Source: Dehalococcoidia bacterium (GTDB taxonomy: Bacteria > Chloroflexota > Dehalococcoidia > Lucifugimonadales > Australimonadaceae). Taken from it: DNA of 64,000 nucleotides. The notes below the pieces were generated by a model. That model did not search any database. It worked only from the letters and a program-made list of their open reading frames with translations, and had not been told where the DNA came from. The DNA is taken from contig DAOUJA010000062.1 in NCBI GenBank assembly GCA_034423175.1, forward strand, positions 64,526-128,525, in the 5' to 3' direction. Below, in pieces: positions 52,817 through 60,668 of the stretch. The position numbers were made by a program, and so were the translations under genes. Each line of letters begins with the position of its first letter. Position 1 is the first letter of the stretch.

Positions 52817-53866
52817 TCACCCCTCGATGAGGCACCTGTGTTCGGCCAGCGCCTCCTTGAGCGACGGGTCCATGACGCGGAGCGTCTGACCAAGCGCCAA
52901 CCGCAGGGTCTCGAACTTCTGGTATAGGATGGCGACGTATGCGGCTGTGTCGGGGTCGTCCGGGTTCTGCTCCTGTTGCCACGCGGCCTCGTATCTGTTG
53001 AATGAATGCTCCAGCCATCCGACGAGCAGACTGTGGTACTCGGTGAGCTCCGCCGGTGGGGCCATGAGGCTTCCCTCATGCAGCAGGTTTTTCACAGTCG
53101 CTTCGAGGACGTCGTCAGAAAACTCCTCGGGGTCGAGGTTGGGCCAAAGAAAGTCAGGGCAGGCGTTGAAGTACTCCTCACGCGTGAGCCGCTTGACGGG
53201 CTCGGGTTCCGAAATGCCACTAGATAGCTGCCACCAGTGGATTCCCTCGTCAAGCATCACGACGTAGTCTGAGGGGCACTCATGCAATATCGAGATAGTG
53301 TGGCTAGCACTCAACTCTGCTGCTGCGGTCACGTGTGCGACCTGTCGGTCGAGAAGCTCGGCTTCGACGTAGGCGTCGGCTGTCGTCTCCCACTCCCGTG
53401 CCACGAACCTCAGCATTTCGGTCAGTGTCGTGTGGTAGTCCTGCAGCTCCTCGGGCGGTGTCAGCGCCGTGAGGAATGCAAACGCCTGCTCGAAGAGATG
53501 TTCGTGCCATGCCTCCGACATCCACTTGATTGCAGCGCACGCTGAGGTCATGTACAACTGCCCGGGGTCCAGAGTCGGCGTGAGCGTTGCGGTTGGCGTG
53601 GGGATCGGAGTTGCTGTGGGAATTGGCGACGGAAGGGCGGTCGGCGGTACTGGGGTGGATGTGGGCGTCGGTGCATGTGTCGCCGTGGGGACCGGCGTGG
53701 GTGTCGGTTCGGACGCCGCCGTCGCGGTTGGCATCGGCGTCGGCGTGCTCATCGGGGCAGCCTCACAGCCGAGGAGCGCGCAGACGGCGAGACCCCCAAA
53801 GACGAACAACGCGACCGAGATGCGGACGTGCGCGTCGTAGGCCATCGCGCGATAACTGGTGCTCAC
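52817..53866 (-). CDS. hypothetical lipoprotein with a Pro/Thr-rich linker and an internal duplication
   Basis: Lipobox ..CALLGC, a PT-rich linker, and two related segments (TPPEELQDYHTTLTEML.. and APPAELTEYHSLLVGWL..). No family recognised. Confidence 0.45.
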   Translation of the reverse strand: MSTSYRAMAYDAHVRISVALFVFGGLAVCALLGCEAAPMSTPTPMPTATAASEPTPTPVPTATHAPTPTSTPVPPTALPSPIPTATPIPTPTATLTPTLDPGQLYMTSACAAIKWMSEAWHEHLFEQAFAFLTALTPPEELQDYHTTLTEMLRFVAREWETTADAYVEAELLDRQVAHVTAAAELSASHTISILHECPSDYVVMLDEGIHWWQLSSGISEPEPVKRLTREEYFNACPDFLWPNLDPEEFSDDVLEATVKNLLHEGSLMAPPAELTEYHSLLVGWLEHSFNRYEAAWQQEQNPDDPDTAAYVAILYQKFETLRLALGQTLRVMDPSLKEALAEHRCLIEG

Positions 53867-54000
53867 TCCTGAACTGGCTCGGTGACGGAACCTAATGACT
53901 ACTCTCCTCTTCCTGAGACTTCGGCACCAGGGACCGCCAGGCTCAGACCGTCCCTAGCACGAGGTGCTTGCCGTGATCGTGTCTGAGGGCGTGCCCCAGC

Positions 54001-54426
54001 CTACTCCGTGAGTTCTGCTGTTGCCACAGGCGTTCCTGTAATCGTCCGGGTCAAGGAATTGAACGTCAGCCCGGAGGGCAACGCGGGCGAGAGCGAGTAC
54101 GTGACGCCGCCGGGCGCATTGAGGGCCGCAGGGAGTTGTACGTTCGCGGGTCGGCCGACGAGGACTTCTCTGTCGGCTATAACGGGAATCGCGAATGGCG
54201 CGGTGATGACGTTCGGATCCCCGTGCCCGGAGTAGTCCACCCTGAACTTGAGGTGCCTGTAGATCCCTGCGATGGGGCGTCTGCCTTCGAGGCCAGCATG
54301 GACCCCCGCATCGGCGATGCCGCCGATAGAGTCTGCCTGTGGAACGGGGACGATTTGCTCGACTGCACGAGACTCGACGCCGGGCGATGAGAGTTCAGCC
54401 AGCGGCAGACGGAACACCGGAGGCAT
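54001..54426 (-). CDS. hypothetical protein ending in a partial Ig-like (He_PIG-type) repeat; possibly a gene fragment
   Basis: The C-terminal ..YSLSPALPSGLTFNSLTRTITGTP.. resembles putative-Ig-domain repeats, but the ORF stops a few residues later. Confidence 0.3.
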   Translation of the reverse strand: MPPVFRLPLAELSSPGVESRAVEQIVPVPQADSIGGIADAGVHAGLEGRRPIAGIYRHLKFRVDYSGHGDPNVITAPFAIPVIADREVLVGRPANVQLPAALNAPGGVTYSLSPALPSGLTFNSLTRTITGTPVATAELTE

Positions 54427-54668
54427 CCCCGCTCCGGCGACGGTAGAACTTCAGGCGAGAGCGACGCAACAGTCCTGACGAGAGCACCAGCGTGAGCCAC
54501 TGATGCGAGACCGGGTAGGCTCGCACGAGCTCGGACGTAGTGGCGTATCTTGAGGCTGCCCCTGGCATCGGCTCCGCATCGGCAGAATATGACTGGAGGT
54601 TGTTGGCGCGTTGCACGGGCGTCGAAAATCCGCCACGTTCAAAGTGAACGCCCTGCCACGCCCGCCGA

Positions 54669-55025
54669 TCAACCGTTAGGCTGCACGCCTCTGCGCTCGG
54701 CCTCCTCCCGCATTTCGAAGTACGCATCGAAGTACTTGGCTATGTCGCTACTGCTTCGCTCGAGTTGCTCCTCGTAATCGCGGCGCTGTGTGACCTCGTC
54801 TGCCACCAAGCCGGACGCCCAATCGACCATGGCTCCGAAGTCGTGCTCGACACGGATGACGTCATCCCGCATCCGCTGCGGTGATGGGAAGGAGGGGTCG
54901 GCCACCCACTTCCCTTGCCCCCAGCGCCCGTCGTAGGAGATGCGGATGTGGCAGGGACCGCCCTCTATCGCAATAGCTTTCACGGCATGAGGGCCATCTC
55001 TCTCAACTGTAGCCAACGGGTTCAT
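54669..55025 (-). CDS. hypothetical protein
   Basis: 118-aa ORF with AGGAGG 5 nt upstream of the ATG. No recognisable family. Confidence 0.4.
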   Translation of the reverse strand: MNPLATVERDGPHAVKAIAIEGGPCHIRISYDGRWGQGKWVADPSFPSPQRMRDDVIRVEHDFGAMVDWASGLVADEVTQRRDYEEQLERSSSDIAKYFDAYFEMREEAERRGVQPNG

Positions 55026-55308
55026 GTTGCCTCCTGTACTGCGAGCTGGTGACGCAGGAGGCCAAGCCCGACGAGGACCTGGTGTACGGGGAGGCGACGC
55101 CGGTGATCGTCGCGTGGCGGAAGGCGCGGGCGGAGTCGCTGAAGGCGATGAAGACCGCGACGACGCTGGAGAGGATGGAGATGCGGGAGCGGGTGCTGGG
55201 GTTGGAGGTCGCTACTCCGCTGCCCACCTAGAGCGCCACCTCCCACTGGAAAGTTCGCAGTACGGTATCCTCTGGTTCACCACGAACGGATGCCCCAGGG
55301 GAGCGAGA

Positions 55309-55332
55309 TTCCTGCCTCCGCAGGAACGACGG
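55309..55332. repeat. REP-like hairpin element (same family as 13483 and the mutS insertion)
   Basis: TTCCTGC-CTCC-GCAGGAA followed by CGACGG. Degenerate GGAACGACGG / GGGACGACGG sub-repeats follow. Confidence 0.5.
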
Positions 55333-55421
55333 CGGCGAGCAGGCCGGGACGACGGGCCGCACGGGCGTGAGCATGCGTGGTGGTATAGTGGCGGCATCCC
55401 CGTGCGCCGAGTGGAGGCCGG

Positions 55422-56645
55422 ATGAGCCCCGTAGTCCGTGGGCTGACGATGCTCTACCTGACGACGATCCTCCTCGGGTTCGCACACGGGATGCTGCCGC
55501 CCATCATCCCGGTCCTGGAAGACACGTTCGGGGTGTCCGGTGGACTCGCGGCGCAGGTCGTCACGGCGTTCACGATGGGGCGTCTGATCGGCCAGCCGCT
55601 GGGCGGGACGCTGATCGACAAGTTCGGCACGCGGCCGGCGGTGCTCGGCGGGCCGGTGGTCATAGGGCTCTCGGTGTCGGTGGGGATAGTGACGCAGTGG
55701 TTCTGGCCGCTGCTCCTCGGGCTGTTCATCGCGGGCGCTGCAGACAGCATGTGGATGCTGGGGCGCGAGGTTGCCGGGGTGGACCTCGTCAAGCCGAACC
55801 AGCGCGGCCGGCTGATGAGCGGGTTCATGGGCTTCCACGGCGTGGGGATGGGCCTCGGCGCGTGGCTGGGCGGGACAGTGGGAGAGGAGATGGGCATCCG
55901 CGTCGTGTTCGCTATCTACACGGGCATCGCGGCGTTCGTGTTCCTGATCAGCGTGCTCATCCCGAGCGCGGAGCGCCCCGCGGCGGCCGCACCCTCAGCA
56001 GCGCCTCCGACGGAAGGGGAGAGCCTCCCGGAGCGCTTGCGCAACCTCTACCTGCAGATAGACCCGCGGCTCAGGGCCACGTACCTGGTGCTGGTGTTCG
56101 CCACGGCGAGCATGATGCTCTACCGCATGGCGTACCAGGCCATCCTGCCGCTCCGCATGGACGAGATCGGCCTGGAGCCCAGCGACATCGGAACGCTCTT
56201 CTTCGTCGTTTCCATCGGCTCGCTGGTGATGATCGTCCCGGCGGGGTTTGTCGTGGACAAGATAGGGCGGAAGTGGGCGACGGTGCCGAGCACGGCGATC
56301 CCGGGCATCGCCTTCCTGCTCATCCCGCTCACGGGCGAGATGGGGCCGCTCATAGCGATCGCGGTGCTGATGGGGTTCTCCAACGGGCTGTCGCTGGGTT
56401 CGGTCGCCACGTCGACGTATGACGTTGCGCCCGACGCGATCCGTGCGCGGCTCCAGGCGGCGCGACGGACGGTGGCGGAGGTGGGCGCCATCACAGGCCC
56501 GCTGCTCGGCGGCTTGCTCGCCGTGCAGTTCGGTGCGGGAGTGGCATTCTTCGTGTATGCCCCCGTGCTGCTCCTGGCCGCGGCGCTGCTGATGTTCGTT
56601 GCGCGGGAAACGCTGGTGAAACGTCCGGCGGAAGCGCCGGCGTAG
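55422..56645 (+). CDS. MFS transporter
   Basis: 407 aa with about 12 TM helices and an MFS loop ..GRLIGQPLGGTLIDKFGTR.. Confidence 0.8.
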   Translation: MSPVVRGLTMLYLTTILLGFAHGMLPPIIPVLEDTFGVSGGLAAQVVTAFTMGRLIGQPLGGTLIDKFGTRPAVLGGPVVIGLSVSVGIVTQWFWPLLLGLFIAGAADSMWMLGREVAGVDLVKPNQRGRLMSGFMGFHGVGMGLGAWLGGTVGEEMGIRVVFAIYTGIAAFVFLISVLIPSAERPAAAAPSAAPPTEGESLPERLRNLYLQIDPRLRATYLVLVFATASMMLYRMAYQAILPLRMDEIGLEPSDIGTLFFVVSIGSLVMIVPAGFVVDKIGRKWATVPSTAIPGIAFLLIPLTGEMGPLIAIAVLMGFSNGLSLGSVATSTYDVAPDAIRARLQAARRTVAEVGAITGPLLGGLLAVQFGAGVAFFVYAPVLLLAAALLMFVARETLVKRPAEAPA

Positions 56646-56658
56646 GTCCCGGCGGCCC

Positions 56659-57924
56659 GTGTTCCGAGGACTCGCACAACGCACACCCTTCTACTACGGC
56701 TGGGTGGTCGCCGGCGCGGTGCTGATGACGATGACGATCAGCGGGGCAGTCGCCGCGCCGATGTTCAGCGTGCTGATCCCCCGGTGGACGGAGGAGTTCG
56801 GCTGGTCGCGCACCGCCATCTCAGGGGCGTTCAGCTTCGGGACGGTCGCCGCCGCGTTGGCCGGGCCGCTGGTCGGCAGGGCGCTCGACAAGTACGGCGG
56901 ACGGCTCGTTATGGGCGGCGGCGCGCTCCTGATGGCGGCTGCCGTGGCGGGGCTGGGGTTCGTGGAAGGGCTCATCGGTCTTTACGTGGCGCTCGTGATT
57001 GCGCGAACGGCGCTGATGAGCATCCAGAACCTGGGCGGACACACCGTCATCGCCAACTGGTTCGTCCGGCGCAGAGCGTTCGCGACGGCGGTCGCAGTGA
57101 ACGGGAGCCGATTGGGACTGGGCATCTGGCCGCTGCTGGGCGCCGCGCTCATTGCGGCGTTCGGCTGGCGGGAGGCGTTGTGGATGGTTGGCGCGCTCAT
57201 GGCATTGCTCGCGCTATTTCCGCTCGTCGCCATCGTCTCGCGGCAGCCGGAGGACGTGGGCCTGCACCCGGACGGAAGCCCTCTGCCTGTGGCCCAGCAG
57301 GGCCGGAAGCAGTCGACGTTGGAGGAGCGCCATTGGCGTCCGCGAGAGGCGGTGAGGACCCAGGCGTTCTGGCTCCTGCTCTTCGCGCACATGGGCGCGA
57401 TGGTGGCAGGCGGCGGCTACGGTCTGCACCGCATACCGCTCTTCCTCGACCGTGGTCTGGCGGACGACTGGGTCGGGTGGGTGTTGATGTTCCACGCGGT
57501 GGGGATGCTGGTGGGCGGGTTCGTCGCCGCGTGGTTCATGGGCCGCACTTCCTACCGGGTAGTGATAGCGGGATGCATGATCGGAGCATCGGCGGCGATG
57601 GCGGCTGCGGCATTCGTGCCGCCCGGCGCGCCGATGGCCGTTTTCACCTTCGCGGAGTCGATGGTTTTCGGCGGCGTTTTCGCGATGTTGCCCGTCGTCT
57701 ACGCCGAATATTTCGGCAGGGACTCGTTGGGAACGATACGTGGTATCGCGCACCCTGTCGTCGTGGCGTCGAATGCAGTCGGCCCGGTGTTCGCAGGCTA
57801 CGTGTTCGAAGCGTCCGGTGCGTACACGATGGCGCTCGTTACTTTCAGTGTCGTACTGGGAGTGGGAGCGCTCAGCGCGCTGCTGGCGCGCCGCCCCGTC
57901 CCGCGGCAAGGAACTCCTGCGTGA
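56659..57924 (+). CDS. MFS transporter
   Basis: 421 aa with about 12 TM helices and ..GPLVGRALDKYGGR.. GTG start. Confidence 0.8.
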   Translation: MFRGLAQRTPFYYGWVVAGAVLMTMTISGAVAAPMFSVLIPRWTEEFGWSRTAISGAFSFGTVAAALAGPLVGRALDKYGGRLVMGGGALLMAAAVAGLGFVEGLIGLYVALVIARTALMSIQNLGGHTVIANWFVRRRAFATAVAVNGSRLGLGIWPLLGAALIAAFGWREALWMVGALMALLALFPLVAIVSRQPEDVGLHPDGSPLPVAQQGRKQSTLEERHWRPREAVRTQAFWLLLFAHMGAMVAGGGYGLHRIPLFLDRGLADDWVGWVLMFHAVGMLVGGFVAAWFMGRTSYRVVIAGCMIGASAAMAAAAFVPPGAPMAVFTFAESMVFGGVFAMLPVVYAEYFGRDSLGTIRGIAHPVVVASNAVGPVFAGYVFEASGAYTMALVTFSVVLGVGALSALLARRPVPRQGTPA

Positions 57925-57982
57925 GACCGTAGGGGAGCAAACCACGGCTGGATGCAACCCAGTATCATTTGCCCGTATGTTA

Positions 57983-58011
57983 TTGACACTCACTCCTGTG
58001 GGGTAAACAAT
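57983..58011 (+). promoter_or_regulatory. putative sigma70-type promoter of the His/Cys-rich gene
   Basis: TTGACA (57983-57988), 17-nt spacer, AACAAT (58006-58011), about 50 nt upstream of the ATG. Confidence 0.35.
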
Positions 58012-58061
58012 CTCTTCTGTATCTGACGGCCGGTTCGGGAACGAGCATCCAAGGAGGAAAC

Positions 58062-58325
58062 ATGACTACTCATGTCCACGAGCATGACCATAGCGAGGCC
58101 GCTGACCACTGCCACGAGCATGAGGGCGAGCACTGTCACAGCCATGGCGACGTGCACTGCCACGAGCACGGCGAGGGCCACTGCCACGTCCACGGCGACG
58201 AAGCCTGCGTCGCTCTCGGCGGAGGCGAGCAGTTCGACGAGCACGGCGCCGAGCACTGTCACCAGCATGGCGAGGAGCACTGTGCGGATGCGGATGACCC
58301 GCACCACGCACCCCACGCAGCGTAG
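58062..58325 (+). CDS. small His/Cys-rich protein with HCHxHGxx repeats (putative metal-binding protein)
   Basis: AAGGAGGA lies 6 nt upstream of the ATG. 87 aa with about 24 His and 7 Cys by manual count. Four 24-nt in-frame tandem units at 58107-58202. Confidence 0.65.
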   Translation: MTTHVHEHDHSEAADHCHEHEGEHCHSHGDVHCHEHGEGHCHVHGDEACVALGGGEQFDEHGAEHCHQHGEEHCADADDPHHAPHAA

Positions 58326-58376
58326 AGTTCCGCAGGGAGTGCGAAGATGCCGGTCGACTACCGGTAACGCAGCTCG

Positions 58377-58410
58377 AGCGGCGGCCTGGGGTATACCGGG
58401 CCGCCGCTTT
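58377..58410 (+). terminator. rho-independent terminator candidate
   Basis: GCGGCGGCC (58377-58385) pairs with GGCCGCCGC (58398-58406), followed by TTTT (58407-58410). Confidence 0.6.
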
Positions 58411-58432
58411 TGCGTGAAGGAGCCTTGCCGCT

Positions 58433-59593
58433 GTGACAACCGAACATCGCCACGAGCACGAGGGCCATGACCACGACGCGCACGCTGAGCACGACCATGG
58501 CCACGAGGGCCATGACCACGACGCCCACGCTGAGCACGACCACGGGCACGAGGGCCACGACCACGACGCCCACGCGGAGCACGACCACGGGCACGAGGGC
58601 CACGACCACGACGCCCATGGGCACGGCGGGCACGATCACCATGGTCATGGCCACGACCATGACCACGCCCACGACCTGCGCGGCGCCAGCAAGCGCAGTT
58701 TGGTCCTGGCGCTTGCGCTGATCTCCAGCTTCATGTTCGTTGAGGTGGCCGGCGGCATATTGTCCGGCAGCCTCGCTCTGCTGGCCGACGCGGCCCACAT
58801 GCTCACGGACGCCGCGGCGATCCTGCTGGCGCTCTTCGCGATGTGGATAGCGGAGCGCCCCGCGTCGGTCGAGAGCACGTTCGGCTACTACCGGACGGAG
58901 GTGCTCGCGGCGCTGCTGAACACGCTCAGCCTCTGGGTCATAGCGGGCTGGATCTTCTTCGAGGCGTACCACCGCTTCCTGGACACGCCCGAGGTGGAGG
59001 GTCCCCTGCTGCTGGGCGTCGGCGCGGCTGGTCTGGTCGTCAACATCCTGGCAGCCTACGTCCTGCACCGCGCGGCGGGCGAAAGCCTGAACGCGGAGGG
59101 CGCGTTCCAGCACGTCATGGCGGACCTCTTCGGTTCCATCGGCGTCGTCATATCCGGGATCCTGATCCTGACCCTGGCGACCACTCCGGACTCCCTCTGG
59201 TACCTCGCCGACCCCATCCTGAGCGTCGGCATCGGCCTGCTCATCCTCAAGAGCTCCTGGGGGCTGTTCATGCGCGTATTCAAGGTGCTCCTCGAGGGCA
59301 CGCCCAAGCACCTGGACATGTACCGCATCTGCAGCGACATGGAGGACGTCCCCGGCGTGACCATCATCCACGACGTGCACGCATGGACGATCACCTCCGG
59401 CTACGACGCGATGACCGCACACGTACTGGTCGACTCCACACAACGCGGCAATGAGGACGACATGCTCGCGCGGCTGCGGTCGATCGCCTACGGCTACGGC
59501 ATCGGCCACGTCACGCTCCAGTTGGAGTACTCGGCCACGGAATGTGAGGAGAACCACCACGTGGAGCACCTCGTCGCGCGCGCTCGGGTGTAA
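58433..59593 (+). CDS. czcD: cation diffusion facilitator (CzcD/ZitB-type) metal exporter with a His-rich N-terminal repeat
   Basis: CDF core ..LLADAAHMLTDAAA.. and ..HV..D...S.., six TM helices and a C-terminal domain. The N-terminal HEGHDHDAHAEHDHG occurs three times. GTG start. Confidence 0.85.
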   Translation: MTTEHRHEHEGHDHDAHAEHDHGHEGHDHDAHAEHDHGHEGHDHDAHAEHDHGHEGHDHDAHGHGGHDHHGHGHDHDHAHDLRGASKRSLVLALALISSFMFVEVAGGILSGSLALLADAAHMLTDAAAILLALFAMWIAERPASVESTFGYYRTEVLAALLNTLSLWVIAGWIFFEAYHRFLDTPEVEGPLLLGVGAAGLVVNILAAYVLHRAAGESLNAEGAFQHVMADLFGSIGVVISGILILTLATTPDSLWYLADPILSVGIGLLILKSSWGLFMRVFKVLLEGTPKHLDMYRICSDMEDVPGVTIIHDVHAWTITSGYDAMTAHVLVDSTQRGNEDDMLARLRSIAYGYGIGHVTLQLEYSATECEENHHVEHLVARARV

Positions 59594-59618
59594 GCCGGGA
59601 GCCGGTCCAAGAGACTCA

Positions 59619-59645
59619 AGAGGGGGCGCACCCGCGCCCCCTCTT
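59619..59645 (+). terminator. GC-rich hairpin after czcD (terminator candidate)
   Basis: AAGAGGGGGCG-CACCCG-CGCCCCCTCTT, 26 nt after the stop codon. There is no clear T tract. Confidence 0.4.
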
Positions 59646-59723
59646 CGCGTACGGGCGCCGCACGGCGAGGCGCGACTTGCCGGTGGACGCGGCGCCTCGT
59701 AATCTTCACCGCGGAGGTGCGCG

Positions 59724-60548
59724 ATGGCCGACTATCCCCGGAACGACCTGCTCGTCGAGACCGAATGGCTCGCCGAGCACCTGACTGACCCGAACGTACG
59801 CGTGATCGAGATGGCGCAGGACGGCAGCGACTTCGAGGCCGGACACATCCCCGGCGCGGCGCTCTCGCCCACGTGGCAGATCAAGGGCTCGGAGCGGACG
59901 AGGCTCGTCGCGCCGCCGGACGAGGCGAAGGCGTGGTTCGAGTCCGTCGGCATCGGCGACGATACGCTGGTCGTCGGGTACGACCGCTTCCACAGCCGGG
60001 ACGCGTCGCGGCTCTGGTGGGTGCTCAGCTACTACGGCCACACCAACGTCCGCGTGCTGAACGGCGGATGGACGAAATGGACGGCGGAAGGGCGCGACGT
60101 CGAGACAGGCGCGTCCACCGTCGCGGGCGGGGACGTGACGTTCACGCCGCAGCCGCCGGACCACTCCATCGAGTCGGACGTGGACAAGCTCAAGGCCGCC
60201 ATCGGCGCGGACGACGCCGTCATCTGGGACGTGCGGACGGAGGACGAGTACACGGGAGCGAACTCGCGCGGCAACGCGCGGACGGGGCACGTGCCCGGCG
60301 CGGCGTTCCTGGAGTGGGTGAACCTCGTGGCGGAGGACGACACGTTCAAGTCCGCGGCGGAGATCGAGGAGATCGCCCGAGGGCTCGGCATCACGCCGGA
60401 GAAGCAGGTGCACGTCTACTGACAGGGCGGGGTGCGTGCGTCGCACGCCATGCTCGCCCTCAAGCTCATCGGCCACGAGTCCGTCTGCATGTACGACGGC
60501 TCGATGGGAGAGTGGGCGAACCGCGACGATACGCCCCTGGAGGAATAG
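59724..60548 (+). CDS. two-domain rhodanese sulfurtransferase with in-frame TGA (candidate selenocysteine) at the catalytic-Cys position, 60420-60422
   Basis: The N-terminal domain ..VETEWLAEHL.DPNVRVIE.. is followed by a catalytic domain that reads ..QVHVY-U-QGGVRASHAMLALKLIGHESVCMYDGSMGEWA.. when read through to TAG 60546-60548. GGAGG lies upstream of the ATG. Confidence 0.6.
60425..60459 (+). promoter_or_regulatory. SECIS-like stem-loop downstream of UGA 60420
   Basis: Outer stem GGGCG (60425-60429) / CGCCC (60455-60459). Inner stem GTGCG (60432-60436) / CGCAC (60442-60446). Apical loop UGCGU. Confidence 0.45.
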
Positions 60549-60621
60549 GACGCATCGCCGCGGCAAGGGGAATGCCATCTGAGGGAGAGGCAGCGCGGTA
60601 GGCCGCCCCACGGGAACGAGG

Positions 60622-60646
60622 TCCCTGCCTCCGCAGGAACGACAGG
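60622..60646. repeat. REP-like hairpin element
   Basis: TCCCTGC-CTCC-GCAGGAA followed by CGACAGG, in an intergenic region. Confidence 0.45.
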
Positions 60647-60668
60647 ACCCCGCCCGCGTCCGATGTTG

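Noticed and set aside
52566-53018. 150-aa minus-strand ORF between glyQS and the lipoprotein gene.
   Set aside because: It overlaps the 3' end of the lipoprotein gene and the recombinase-like frame, and it has no motifs or start context. The recombinase-tail similarity lies in a different frame.
58107-58618. Regularly spaced short repeats (24-nt and 45-nt units) that could superficially suggest a CRISPR array.
   Set aside because: The units are directly adjacent with no unique spacers. They are in frame within two well-supported genes and encode His-rich peptide repeats. No cas genes are present.
59873-60601. 242-aa ORF overlapping the rhodanese gene.
   Set aside because: It is out of frame with a gene that has clear rhodanese motifs. 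Its translation is Arg/Gly-rich low complexity, and it has no start context.
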